In this document: positions 45,350 to 56,100 of the stretch, piece after piece
Position numbering within the stretch: position 1 is the stretch's first letter
Layout of the letters: the number at the start of each line of letters is the position of its first letter
Source: Oopsacas minuta
Taxonomy: Eukaryota; Animalia; Porifera
Assembly: GCA_024704765.1 (NCBI GenBank)
Contig: JAKMXF010000347.1
Coordinates: forward strand, 133,270-197,269
Length of the DNA: 64,000 nucleotides
Direction of reading: 5' to 3'
The notes under the pieces: model-generated
Databases searched by the model: none
What the model saw: only the letters and a program-made list of their open reading frames with translations
Told to the model about the DNA's origin: nothing
Position numbers and translations under genes: made by a program

Positions 45350-48300
45350 AAGTTAAAACGTCGGAATGTACTACTGGATCAAACTAAAGATGGTACTAAA
45401 ACTGGGTATCTGTTAGGACCTGTTAATCATGTTAGAGGTTTGCAAACTAGTGACAGGTATGTATCGCTTGAATTACTTAACATCTATCAGTACATTAAAT
45501 ACCATTATATTAACATTGCAGGTTGCTATCCCTTGCTTCTGTTAAGATAATTCGTATCCTGATGGACATCACTTTCATCTGGGCAGCTGGTTCAAGCGCT
45601 AAAAACAGGAATCGAATACTTCTCTCTCTAATGAAAGAAGGATTAAATAATTCAAAAGATATACCTAACTTCTTTACAGAACATTTAGAAAGAGACTTAA
45701 CAGATTTATCTGGTCTGACAGGGAAAAGCTTTGAAGAAATTGTTTTCTTTCTCCATTTGATTACAAAATCAATAATGGAGAATGCGAGGGAGCTCTGTTA
45801 GTCATTAGTATTTAAGGCATTTCAGTGTATATCAATGTATTACTATTCAACGGTTTATTACAGGTACGATTCCTACTGAGTTAACACAAAAGGAGTTGAG
45901 AGAGCAGTGGGAGAGAGAATTTAATAATAAATTCATTCAACCTATACTCAACTCTCTAAACACAGATGTACAGAGACAGATGGAGCAGGTGCTGAGTGAG
46001 AAGAGGATAGCTAACAATCCCTTCCTCAGGTTAATTAATTAATACAGAGATATTTGTTAAAATATCTATGAATTGTCTTAAATGATTCACGCCTAAATCT
46101 TTAGAATGGTATACGAGAAAGATGATTCAGAACCAAACAACCCGTTACCTCATCTATGGCGTTACAGAACTATTGTGAGTCTGGAGCATTTCTCTCAGAG
46201 CTTCAGTACAGCCGATTTAAATACCAAAAACAAGTGTCCGTTAGTAGACAAGTTCTTGAAAGAAGAAAACAAATTGTTTGTGACTCGTTACTTACCAGAC
46301 ATTGTACAGCTACAGAGACGAGTAGGAGATAAGTTCCTACACAGATTGGATAGGAGAGAAGCTGCTAATACTTCTATTAAAGATTTCTTAAATAGAATGA
46401 AAACTGGTAAAATATAATATCAATATTTACCTGATTGATTCAGTGATAATCATCACAATTATATTTCTTTTAGAGAACAAACAAGAATCAGAAGAATTAG
46501 CTAGACTAGTGGAGAGTCTTGCTACAGCATGGAGTATGATTGGAGAAGATGTGAAGAAGAATGGACGTCTCACAATGGAAGAATCTCTAGAACAACAAGA
46601 AATAACTCCTGCTACTTCTCTCGCTTACCTGCTCCCTTCTTCAACAGGAGAGGGAGTGCTGATCACCTCACTCACTGACTATCTATTGCTGATACACAAC
46701 TCATTTGTACATGCCTACAGAGACAGAGTGAAGTGGTATGTATCATTCTATTGAATGATATCCCTATAGGCATGTCTCATTTTATTCACATTGTATTAGG
46801 TCCCGTAGTGACAAGATACCACTCCGTGAATTGAATATGAGTCATGTGATTGAGTACGAGGAACATCTGCAGCCTCTACTGTTGTCACATGCTCACTACT
46901 CACTAGCTCTCGGACAAGGAAGTCAAGTGACTTATGATTTTGAGGGAGTAGAACAGCAATTAATGGAACAATTCATTCAGAACAAACCTCTTATTCTAGC
47001 AGAACATTCCCGCTTTGAATATATTCGTGAGGCTTACAATCTGGAAGTGTTCGAACAGGTGCGACACAAAGTTCAACAGGTCAGTAACTTTTGATATTTT
47101 ATTATTGCATTCATACACTCATTTGTACTTGTGTGTTCTGTATTAATCTCATAACTGTTTCTTCCAGACTGAAGTGAGAGTGATAGTATGGAAAGCTATA
47201 CAAGAAGATTTAGACTCACTTGAAGCAGTTAGTGATGTTCTCCTAATACTAGATGTAGTGATTAGATTCTTATCATCAGCAGGAGGAGATCCAGAACAAA
47301 AATTGTCTTCTTATCTTACTGATGTTTACAGTATTCTCATGATTCTCATGGAGCTGGTACTCTACAGAGCAGAAGGGTATATATTGCTGATTTCCTTTTC
47401 TTGATGTTAAATATCTTAATAATTACATAAATTATTTACAGGCAAATGTAGAGTTATGTCTGAAACATGTAATCAGCTTCAGAACTCATCTATCTATAGA
47501 GAAAGCTCGGAAGCTCTCTCTCCAAGGACAGGTATGTATCATATGATTTTGACAAGTACGCTTTGCTTGCTTGCAATGTGCAGCTTTTGTACCATATTGT
47601 ATGCAAATACAAATTGGATACAATATTGTAGCCTCTACCGATTCTTCAATTAACCATACACAAACAAAAAATCTCTTAGATTACTTGTAATATCTACATT
47701 CACTTTCAACATCACTCTTCTAATTTTCTTTAATTTCTTTATAGATTCCTTTTTCATCTCTGAAAAATGAGTTTCAGGAAGTTGTAAGTGAGGAAGAGAG
47801 AAAACTGATACAGGAAAGCTGCAAACACTTTCCAGTGGACAAGATCATGGCATATCTCCATGAATATATAATCTTCTTTTTGCAAGATAGAGATAGTGAA
47901 GAGAAAGCTTATGGGTATGTATTACTACCCTGGATCTTTATGTACTATCTATTGATTCTATTTCTTATAGACTGAGAGAATGTGTAGAAATATACGCTAA
48001 TGAGAATGATTGGGAACTCCCTGAAGGATTCAATCAGTTCCCTCAACAAATACAGCAATCACAATGTGCCTCTGCTTGGGCTGTATTAGCTCTACAAGAG
48101 AATACAAATCTAAATATCAACAAATAAGTTGACTTATTGTTTTGATAGAATAATTATTTGAACAATAAAAAGCAAGAATTCATTTGAATGTTTGCAGATA
48201 ATACGCGTGTTTGTATTTTATATATTTTGAATTATTTTGGCTATTTTATTGATTTCAATTGTACTTTGACCCTAATATCGATTTCAATTTCTGTTAATAA

Positions 48301-48729
48301 TTATATATGTACGAGTTAAGAGGATGTATTTTGCATGTATAATGTAATATACTGTGGGTACAACTGATCGTCAGACACTGCGAGCGCCGTAGGCTAGTTT
48401 ATGGTTAAAATGAAATTAAGTCAGGTTTTGGGTATTTTAACAACATTTTATTTATGGAGGAGTGAATTAATTTCATTGTTTAACAGAGCATGGCATTATT
48501 CCAATCTTTTTTTATTGAATATCTTTGCAATCCTATTTTACTATAGTATTAAACTCATAGGTTAGATATCTTAGAAACAATGCTGTACACATAGTCGTAG
48601 GAGACGGTACGGTTGGTTAGGCTTCAACCGTATCAATATTTGGGCTGCTAATAAAAATAGTATTAGTCAACAAGACTAATTAGCCACTATTAGCATATAC
48701 GTATACGTGGTAGAACAATATGTATACAT

Positions 48730-49067
48730 TATGAGCAAAGATTAAAAGCATTTATTTGTAATTGTATATTCATAGTGTGATGACGTTTTCATGAAATCTG
48801 TAAGTTTCACTCAAGAAGTAATCATCATTAACTGATTGATTGATTGATTGATAGCCTCCAACATTTCCTTAGATAATGAGTAACTAAATGCTTCCTCAGT
48901 TTTCCGAATTTTGTTCTCCTTTGTCATTTCAACTAATCTGTAGATATTTTCCTCGTAAGATCCATAATAATATGTTGTGCTTCTTGGGTGCCTCGCTTAT
49001 CCTACCATTTTGTTTTTGATCTTATATTTCTTCACACTGCGATTAAAGTTACTATCTCTGAATTGAA
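48730..49067 (-). pseudogene. Inverted, decayed copy of the ROCO terminal exon plus start of its 3' UTR
   Basis: Reverse complement aligns with ~23568-23930 (e.g. GAGGCACCCAAGAAGCA, GAAAATATCTACAGATTAGTTGAAATGACAAAGGAG, AAGGAAATGTTGGAGGCTATCAATC, TTACTTCTTGAGTGAAACTTACAGAT, CATCACACTATGAAT); stop TGA at 48772-48770; contains indels. Confidence 0.92.
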
Positions 49068-49167
49068 ACCGGGGCCGCTGAATATTTATTAGTCGGGTTC
49101 AGGGGCGCCGAACTTTCTAGCTTTCATGAATGATCAAGGGGGATCGAGCCTGCCTATGATCGGGTTT

Positions 49168-49212
49168 CCTTTCACATCTGAAAATTTCCACCAAAATTTC
49201 AGATGTGAAAGG
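49168..49212. repeat. Short near-perfect hairpin (16-bp perfect stem extending to ~20 bp, 5-nt loop)
   Basis: CCTTTCACATCTGAAA ... TTTCAGATGTGAAAGG. Confidence 0.8.
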
Positions 49213-50088
49213 TGGTCTGGTTGAAACCGGACCAAACGGGCTGATTACTACGGCTATGGTACATAGTGAATGGTTTCTAAATCTCAATAGCCTTGCATTT
49301 TGCCGAAGTGAATTATTACAGAAATATAAAATTTCATGTCTTCAATCCATAAAAGCAAAAGAAAATCTCAAATGTTCCAATTTGTTTTGCCTAGTAAGTA
49401 ATAATTATTTGGCCAAAATTACTCAATCATTAATGACATCCATGTAGAACGTTTAATACTCATATTTGATAACCATCTGGAGAAATCAAAATCTGTTCGA
49501 GTTAATGGATGCGATAAGTATAAAAGTACAACGGAGAGAAGTGATTATTCGTACGAGATAATGAATGTTTAAGTTACATGATGTTGACTATCATACGCAA
49601 TCATCTAATGAAGTAATAAATTTGGCACGTTTTGAGTTAGAGTAGCGACCATAGATAGGAAATGGCAGTTCTTTGTCATTATCCACCACCTATCAGTCGA
49701 AAACCATCAATGATATTACAAAAATCATTATTACCAATCATTTGCATACACCAGACGTATACACCCGACATATGTTATACATTTCAAATCATAGTTTTCT
49801 AAATATAGAAATATTCAAATATTTATTTCCTCTGAAATTTACTATTATGCAGACATTTAATAATTACTAAGATAATAGAATATCCATTTTGGAAAATATA
49901 ATATAGAGAATGTGACCTAACTTGATAACAATCTATTCTCCTCAGCCCTTATCCTCACCTGAATTGAAGATTAACACTATTGACTTAGTTAGATCTGAAA
50001 CCTACTGTTCCAACCTCACAATATTTTTATAGTATACACTTTAGATAATTATGTCATCTCTTATTATTAATAATTTCAGTTATCCTAT

Positions 50089-50240
50089 ATGATTATATGT
50101 CATCTCTTATTTCTTTTAACGTTATTAAATGATTATATGTCATCTCTTATTTCTCTTAACGGTATTATATGATTATATGTCATCTCTTATTTCTTTTAAT
50201 ATTATTAAAAGATTATTTGTCATCTCCTATTTCTTGTTAA
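50089..50240 (+). repeat. 40-bp-period AT-rich minisatellite, ~4 copies (plus a degenerate copy at ~50045)
   Basis: GATTATATGTCATCTCTTATTTC starts at 50091, 50131, 50171 and (variant) 50211. Confidence 0.9.
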
Positions 50241-50886
50241 ATTTCTAACCATTATCATCAAAAAGTAGATTGTTTTTGTATATAAAGTAACTTTGGTGTA
50301 ATATGCTTGTTAGAATATTTTGGTATATTATTCACATAGGGATGTCTCAATACAGCATGTTATACACTATATGAATTAATGGCTTGACGTTACTTGCAGA
50401 CGAATGGTTGTAGAGATAAGTATTTTATGTATAATAGATTAATAGCTTACAATTAACTGTGTAAATAAAATCACAGAGCGAGGAGGCAAGTATGAGCATT
50501 AGCCTCAGTAAAAGTATCAGTGATATGCAATATTAGCTGTAAGGATATGCATATATGATTTCCTTATTTCAGAAATAGTGCATTTTACCTGAAAATCTGT
50601 ATTACATATTTGGAAAGCATCAATTTTTATACCAAAATATGGTCTAGTAGGCACTTATTTAGTAAAATATGTCATCATTGATGCCTTGTAGAGCGTAAAT
50701 AGTTTTCACCTCAAAGTGAATAAGTGAACTGAACTATATTACTATATTATAAATGCTTTTATACAAAATGTAAAATTTGTAATACAAAAGTTGTCCTTGA
50801 GGTGGATGACAACTTTCTGAATATTCAATTATAACTCGAGAATCTTTAGAGATTCACGAGGCGAAATCAGAATAGCCAATTCATAC

Positions 50887-51012
50887 TATATACCCGACTT
50901 CCCATACCCCTTGTAATATCTTTTGTCTGAATATCTCGTTCCAATATAACGACGCCCATATAGGGTAGTTTTCAAGATTACAAATATTCTATGTCAAAAT
51001 GTATTACAAAGG
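50887..51012. mobile_element. Second copy of the 26036 MITE family, right TIR truncated by another repeat
   Basis: Starts TATATACCCGACTTCCCATACCCC; ends ...AAAATGTATTACAAAGG, then switches to CAGACCTGTGAGAGGGG. Confidence 0.6.
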
Positions 51013-51668
51013 TCAGACCTGTGAGAGGGGGCTACTTGGGTTAGAACCAGGGGCTCGGAGGCAGTGGGAGCGCGAAGCAGAGGGCCAGTAATAGCAAAGA
51101 TAAAGAAATTTATTCGTACTGCACAATAGCAAATTATGCATATAAAAGACATCTTTGTTGGTGAACACATTATATCAATATATATTGCTACGATATTGTG
51201 ATTATATTACCAATTCCTCAGTTCCCCTGATTACGTCACTAAAAGTCTCGGGCTCTTTTTGTAAACTCGGGATCCAGGGATTTGCAAAAAATTATTGTAA
51301 TTATAAAATGAATGTTATTTGATTGATTAACCTTCTTGCAATTACGACAAGATGTAGAATGTTTTGTAATACATTAAACATTGGTTTTAACTACTATTTG
51401 CTTATATTGACCTATTTTTCTTGCTCAAAATCCATCAGCTATCAACTACGTAGGATTAAGCCACATATCATATATATCAACATTTTAGCTTGTTCAAATG
51501 AGTCTAATGTTTACTGTAATGAACTTGCTCAGAAAGTGAAGATTTTGTTTGTTCCGACCGATTTCGTTGGTATTGTAAGCAACGTGATGTGAACTTTCTC
51601 TAAATAGTTGAAGTAATTACATTTACAGGGTGCAGAGTAAAGCATTTGCGGTATATGTAGGTCAAGGC

Positions 51669-51959
51669 CATAGGCGTAGCCAGGGTTTTGGATTGAGGGG
51701 GTCCTGAGCGAGCGAACCGAGTCAATAAAGGGGTCTGGGGGCATTACCACAGCGATTTTTAAAAAATTACTTCAACAAAAGACCGATTTGCGGTATGGGA
51801 AACTCTATTGCCGTAATCTCTACCCATTAACAAACAAAACCTATGTATGTTTTGAGGTACTTTTGAAACAAGAGTAGTCCTCTGTTTTTTATTGCTAATG
51901 AAAAAATAATCAGTCTGACAGATTGGGGGGTCCTAGGACCGCCTCTCCCTACGTCACTG
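51669..51959. mobile_element. hAT-type MITE (291 bp), termini related to the 435-686 element
   Basis: Termini CATAGGCGTAGCCAGGG / CCCTACGTCACTG; flanks GTCAAGGC (51661-51668) and GTCAAGAC (51960-51967), 7/8 identical. Confidence 0.75.
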
Positions 51960-52109
51960 GTCAAGACTCTCACAAGACATGTTAATTTTAGGTTGAACTT
52001 TGTGCAGTTCACTTTTGCGAAATGTATCATAACGCTGTAATGACTGTTATCGATGGTTCTAACTTATCAAGATTCTTGCTATAGGGGATATCTCAATATG
52101 AGATAATTT

Positions 52110-52660
52110 GGGAGATTCCCATCACTTTCCTCAGAGTTATATATAATGACGTCACATTGCCCCTCCATATTTGGTGACGTAATCTTAATTTTTTTATTCC
52201 TCAGATTATATTCTAACTAGCCTACTTATGATTTGCAAACAAATGGCAATGCTGCCAAAATTTTCTGAGTTTCGTTTACATAAATTTACATTATTCTATA
52301 ATTTCTATTACTTATTACCTCTGACGAATTGTTTGAGATTTTCCAATATTAGACCCCTAACTTTTAGGCTTGGACTCATACAGTTGACGAATATGGTAAT
52401 ACTGGAGCTCTTACGTGGCTTTTGGTTTGTAATCTGGGCCCTTTATGCCTCAGGTATTTAGAAATTCTAGAATTTGAAATTTTGTAAAGCCATGATGACG
52501 TAATAATTCCATGATGAGTTAGTATTTGGTCAAAATCATGTCAAAACATGTGGCATATTGAGTGGTGCTGTGATTCCAATTTAAAACTTCTATCATGTAT
52601 ATTGGCTGAGCAGTGGTTAATATTGTGATTTTGGAATTCAAAAAGGTGACAATGACGTCA
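52110..52660 (+). promoter_or_regulatory. Cluster of candidate inducible-promoter motifs upstream of RNF213 copy 2
   Basis: kappaB consensus GGGAGATTCC 52110-52119; CRE TGACGTCA 52147-52154 and 52653-52660; CArG CCATATTTGG 52165-52174; TGACGTAA half-sites at 52175 and ~52496. Motif matches only. Confidence 0.35.
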
Positions 52661-53194
52661 TAATTTCGTATTAAGTGGGAGTTTTCGGTCAAGACTTTAA
52701 TTGTGTTTTAAAGTATGGATAGTATCTAAAGATTCCCAGTTCCAGATCTCGTAAACCAGGGAGGGTACTTTTGGCAATCCTCAAATGTGCCCGTTTGGGT
52801 GTATGATATATTATTAAGTGTCCCTATTATTGAATCATTGCTTAGCACGTACATTATTTTGCATTGGGAATATTTAATTACTATTAAAGATATTTTGATA
52901 TCCGCATTTATTATCAGGATATCGAATAATTGTGATACGTGTACTAATATCCGAATTCTATGGAATAGCAGCTTGCGCTTAAATAATAAATTTACCTCAG
53001 GTTACGAATCCTAAAGTTTTACTGTAGTATACTCCAAGCGATTCTCTGACCTATTTCATACTGTTTTAAGCATATTTACACCTTACTGTCAACTGTCTAA
53101 CTTTCTGACATTACCTGAGTACCCTATTTGAAAACCTATTCTATCAAATTAGCTTGTCATCTGTATAGTCAGATTTGGGAGGTTTTGTTACCAC

Positions 53195-56100
53195 ATGTCT
53201 AATATGTCTAATTATTGTCCTGATAAAGGGTGTTCGTTCAAGACTGCCATACCAGCTGGCCTGCCAGTAAATGCCACCATATGTCCATTTTGCCAAAAAA
53301 GTTTGGAACTAGCACCAATTTCACCTGTACAAGAAGATAATCTGGTAATTGACCCTCAACAAGGAGTAGAAATATTTGAAGGTGCAAAAAGTGAGGACAT
53401 TTCTAAATCTATCTCTGAAAGTGAGGAAAGTTTTGTAATTAATGAGCAACCACATTTACATGTACCTACTTCTACAACGCCGTCTGAAACACAATTGCTA
53501 AAAGATAACCTCTTACAGAATGATAACTCATCTCTCATATCAAAACCCGCATTAAGCGGTGAAGGCAGCCTTCCTGAAAAGTATAGTGAAAACAATTCTC
53601 CAATTCCTTCATCCGGTAATCAAGGAAAGCCTTCAGACATAGAAAATACATTTATTATTGAGTCACAAAGAGATAACAAGGCACAAGAGCGTAACCTGGC
53701 CCTAGAAGAGAACAAAGCTACTCCTGCTAAAAATGATTCTAGGGGTTCTGAATCTTCAGATGAAAATCCAATACCGCTATCATCGGATCAACAAAAGAAT
53801 CTGGTACTGGAATATAGAAATACACAAGAGAATCACCTGGCCCTTGATTCTGATGACGAGAATCAGATAGATCAACTTGCTAAACAGGCCAAAGGAGAAT
53901 CTGTTAAAAGCAAGTTCAAAAATTTTATTCTAAGAAAACCTGTGCCCTTATTTACCAACCGCAAAAAAAAGAAGGGACGAAGCAGACAGAAGAGGCATCC
54001 GGTAAATCAGATTCATTTTGGATTACGAAGTTTAATGGAGGGAAAAACGGATATACGTATTCAATTCAATACACTAATTCTTAGGGAATACTATGAGCAG
54101 ATAGGTGAAATCAGTCTTGAGATTATCGATAAGAACTTTGTCAATTTTCCATCTTATTTTAACAGCTATGACCAACCAAAAGAAGTGGAAATAAATGGTT
54201 ATGAGTTCAATATTTTTCACGGTGTCCTGATGTTTCCTACCAAATGTATATCCGATTTTCCATACAAATATTGCTTACATTTTAAATCAGGTCATGAGAT
54301 CTATGAACACTTACACCATGATTCAGACATCAACTTCAACCGGTATTTTAAATGGGATGATGATGCTGTAAACCAAATTTGTGATAATAAATATCAAAAA
54401 TTTGATATGATGATACTCCCGGAAATTAGGAAACAGGGAAACTCGATACTTTTTGGGCCTGATAATATAGTAGCTAGTAGTGATAGAGAGATTCAATTTT
54501 CCAATATCGATGATAGACTATTATCATCATTTCAAGCATTGCTACAATCCTATTTTCTCTCCGACTACTTTAAACATCGCACCAACTTAGAAAATCTTTT
54601 AGAACAATTTATATATTGTGTGAAATCACTCTCGAATTTCTATCTACATGATCCAGATGTTAATGATTTGCAACGATGGGATGAGTCAAATCTAACAACT
54701 AAACTAGTTAAAGCTTGGATAATGGAATATTATTCTTCTAAAACAAATGCTACCTTAGATGACCAATCAATTATTGCTAAGTTCTATCTAGCATGTTGCC
54801 TGATAAATACTTACAGCATTCATAGTAATAGTTTGAATAAGCTAGTGATAGATATGATTGGGAATTCAATTCTAACCATTTTTAGGAACGAAAGTTATAC
54901 ATTGAATGAAGCTATTTCTACAAATCCTGAGTTTAGAAACAAAATACAAACTGCACTCCATGAGTTTGTCTTTAAAAGTGTGATGTTAGGCAAATATCCT
55001 GAAAAGCTATTACTAGTAATTCCCATCTATCACATGATTACTAACCTCAAAGCTAATGCTGTTTCATTACATGAAAAGTGTAGATACATGGAAAACGAAT
55101 ATTGGGGATTCCCTGTTGATGTACAATTATATTCCCTAGAATATATTTCTTTTCATTCTGAAGAACTCCAATTAGCCTTTACCTTAGTGAAGTACGATAA
55201 ATTTCTTCCATATACTATTGCTATATACACACTCAATGAAGGGAATGCAATAGATATGTGTGAATACTTTATCCAATCACACGAATGTCCATTATCAGCC
55301 CTTATGAGTGCTTTATTGTTTCGATTGATGGTATCCAGGTCTAGACCCAATCCAGATATCAGTGTTAAAAAAGATGACAAATTGATAACAGAAGTTCTTA
55401 AATCATTAAGTATGGCTTTCAAGGGCGAACCTGAATTTCTTGTAGATGATATTTATCGACTCAACAATCTGACTATCAATCTTGCACTGAAACTTTCAAC
55501 AGACTTCAATCGAAAACAATTCGAACTATGTTTAACACTAATTTCTGAAGCATATGAATATTGTTACACTGAATCAGGAGCTAACGCTACTATTTCCTCT
55601 GAAAATATTTCAGAATTATTCAATGAGTTTGTTATAAAGTGGTATGAGTTTCATATTAGAAAACAGGAAATGTCATATGAAGATTTACTATTTGAATTGG
55701 ATTTTTGGGAAAATTTATTATCAGTATATTCCTTCTCTCAATCTATTGAATGGAAAATTAATTTAAGAAATTTCCTGAAGAAACGATTTACAGACACAAA
55801 TATATTGTTAGAATACTTAATCAAAATCCTAACTCTTCAACCTACAGATAACTTAATGCAAGAAATACTCATCAACGAACTTTTTTCAAGAATAGTAGAT
55901 TTATACTCTAAAGATAGAATACCAATAGTGAAGCGTTTATTTCACTATTTTTCGGAGAATAATCAACTGCAAAAATTAAACATAATATTTAGTCAAATAT
56001 TACTTGATGAAGAGAAGACTTTTTACCAAAATATTAACTGGCATTTTGTTAGCTGGGACTTATGGGATATATATTTTTCCTTTCTCTCTTTAGTAAATAT

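Larger units (their letters stand above)
26816..48127 (+). pseudogene. RNF213: RNF213 (mysterin)-like giant AAA+ ATPase/E3 ligase, copy 1; 23 exons, ~5010 aa when indels are corrected; disrupted in this assembly by ~6 single-base indels (pseudogene or consensus errors)
   Basis: Exons: 26816-36975, 37440-37590, 38087-38560, 39495-39670, 40363-40772, 41029-41131, 41536-41633, 42807-43073, 43153-43264, 43381-43788, 44090-44206, 44280-44375, 44496-44873, 45284-45456, 45522-45796, 45864-46029, 46105-46406, 46474-46735, 46800-47079, 47168-47376, 47442-47531, 47745-47914, 47971-48127. All introns GT-AG and phase-compatible after indel correction. CCACCATG start; N-terminal Cys motif; CBM20-like FPYKY..NRYF..FD; Walker A GETGCGKT and GKPGSSKS; Walker B LFFDEANT; DPAKMNRG, LRDFYSL; E3 shell/core similarity; RZ finger; C-terminal FP..I..SQC..AW; AATAAA 48164. 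Indels at ~27682, ~28296, ~28577, ~28999, ~30814, ~47326. Confidence 0.9.

Noticed and set aside
17571-46833. TTG/GTG starts used by the ORF track (17571, 18439, 26792, 29100, 30820, 43489, 45523, 46831 etc.)
   Set aside because: Eukaryotic gene: these are internal exon or frameshift fragments, not initiation codons.
48730-49067. ROCO relic as a processed retrocopy
   Set aside because: No poly(A) tract or TSD at its 3' end, and no exon junction is covered to prove splicing.
50045-50240. Regularly spaced repeats as a CRISPR array
   Set aside because: Contiguous 40-bp tandem units without unique spacers, eukaryotic context, no cas genes.
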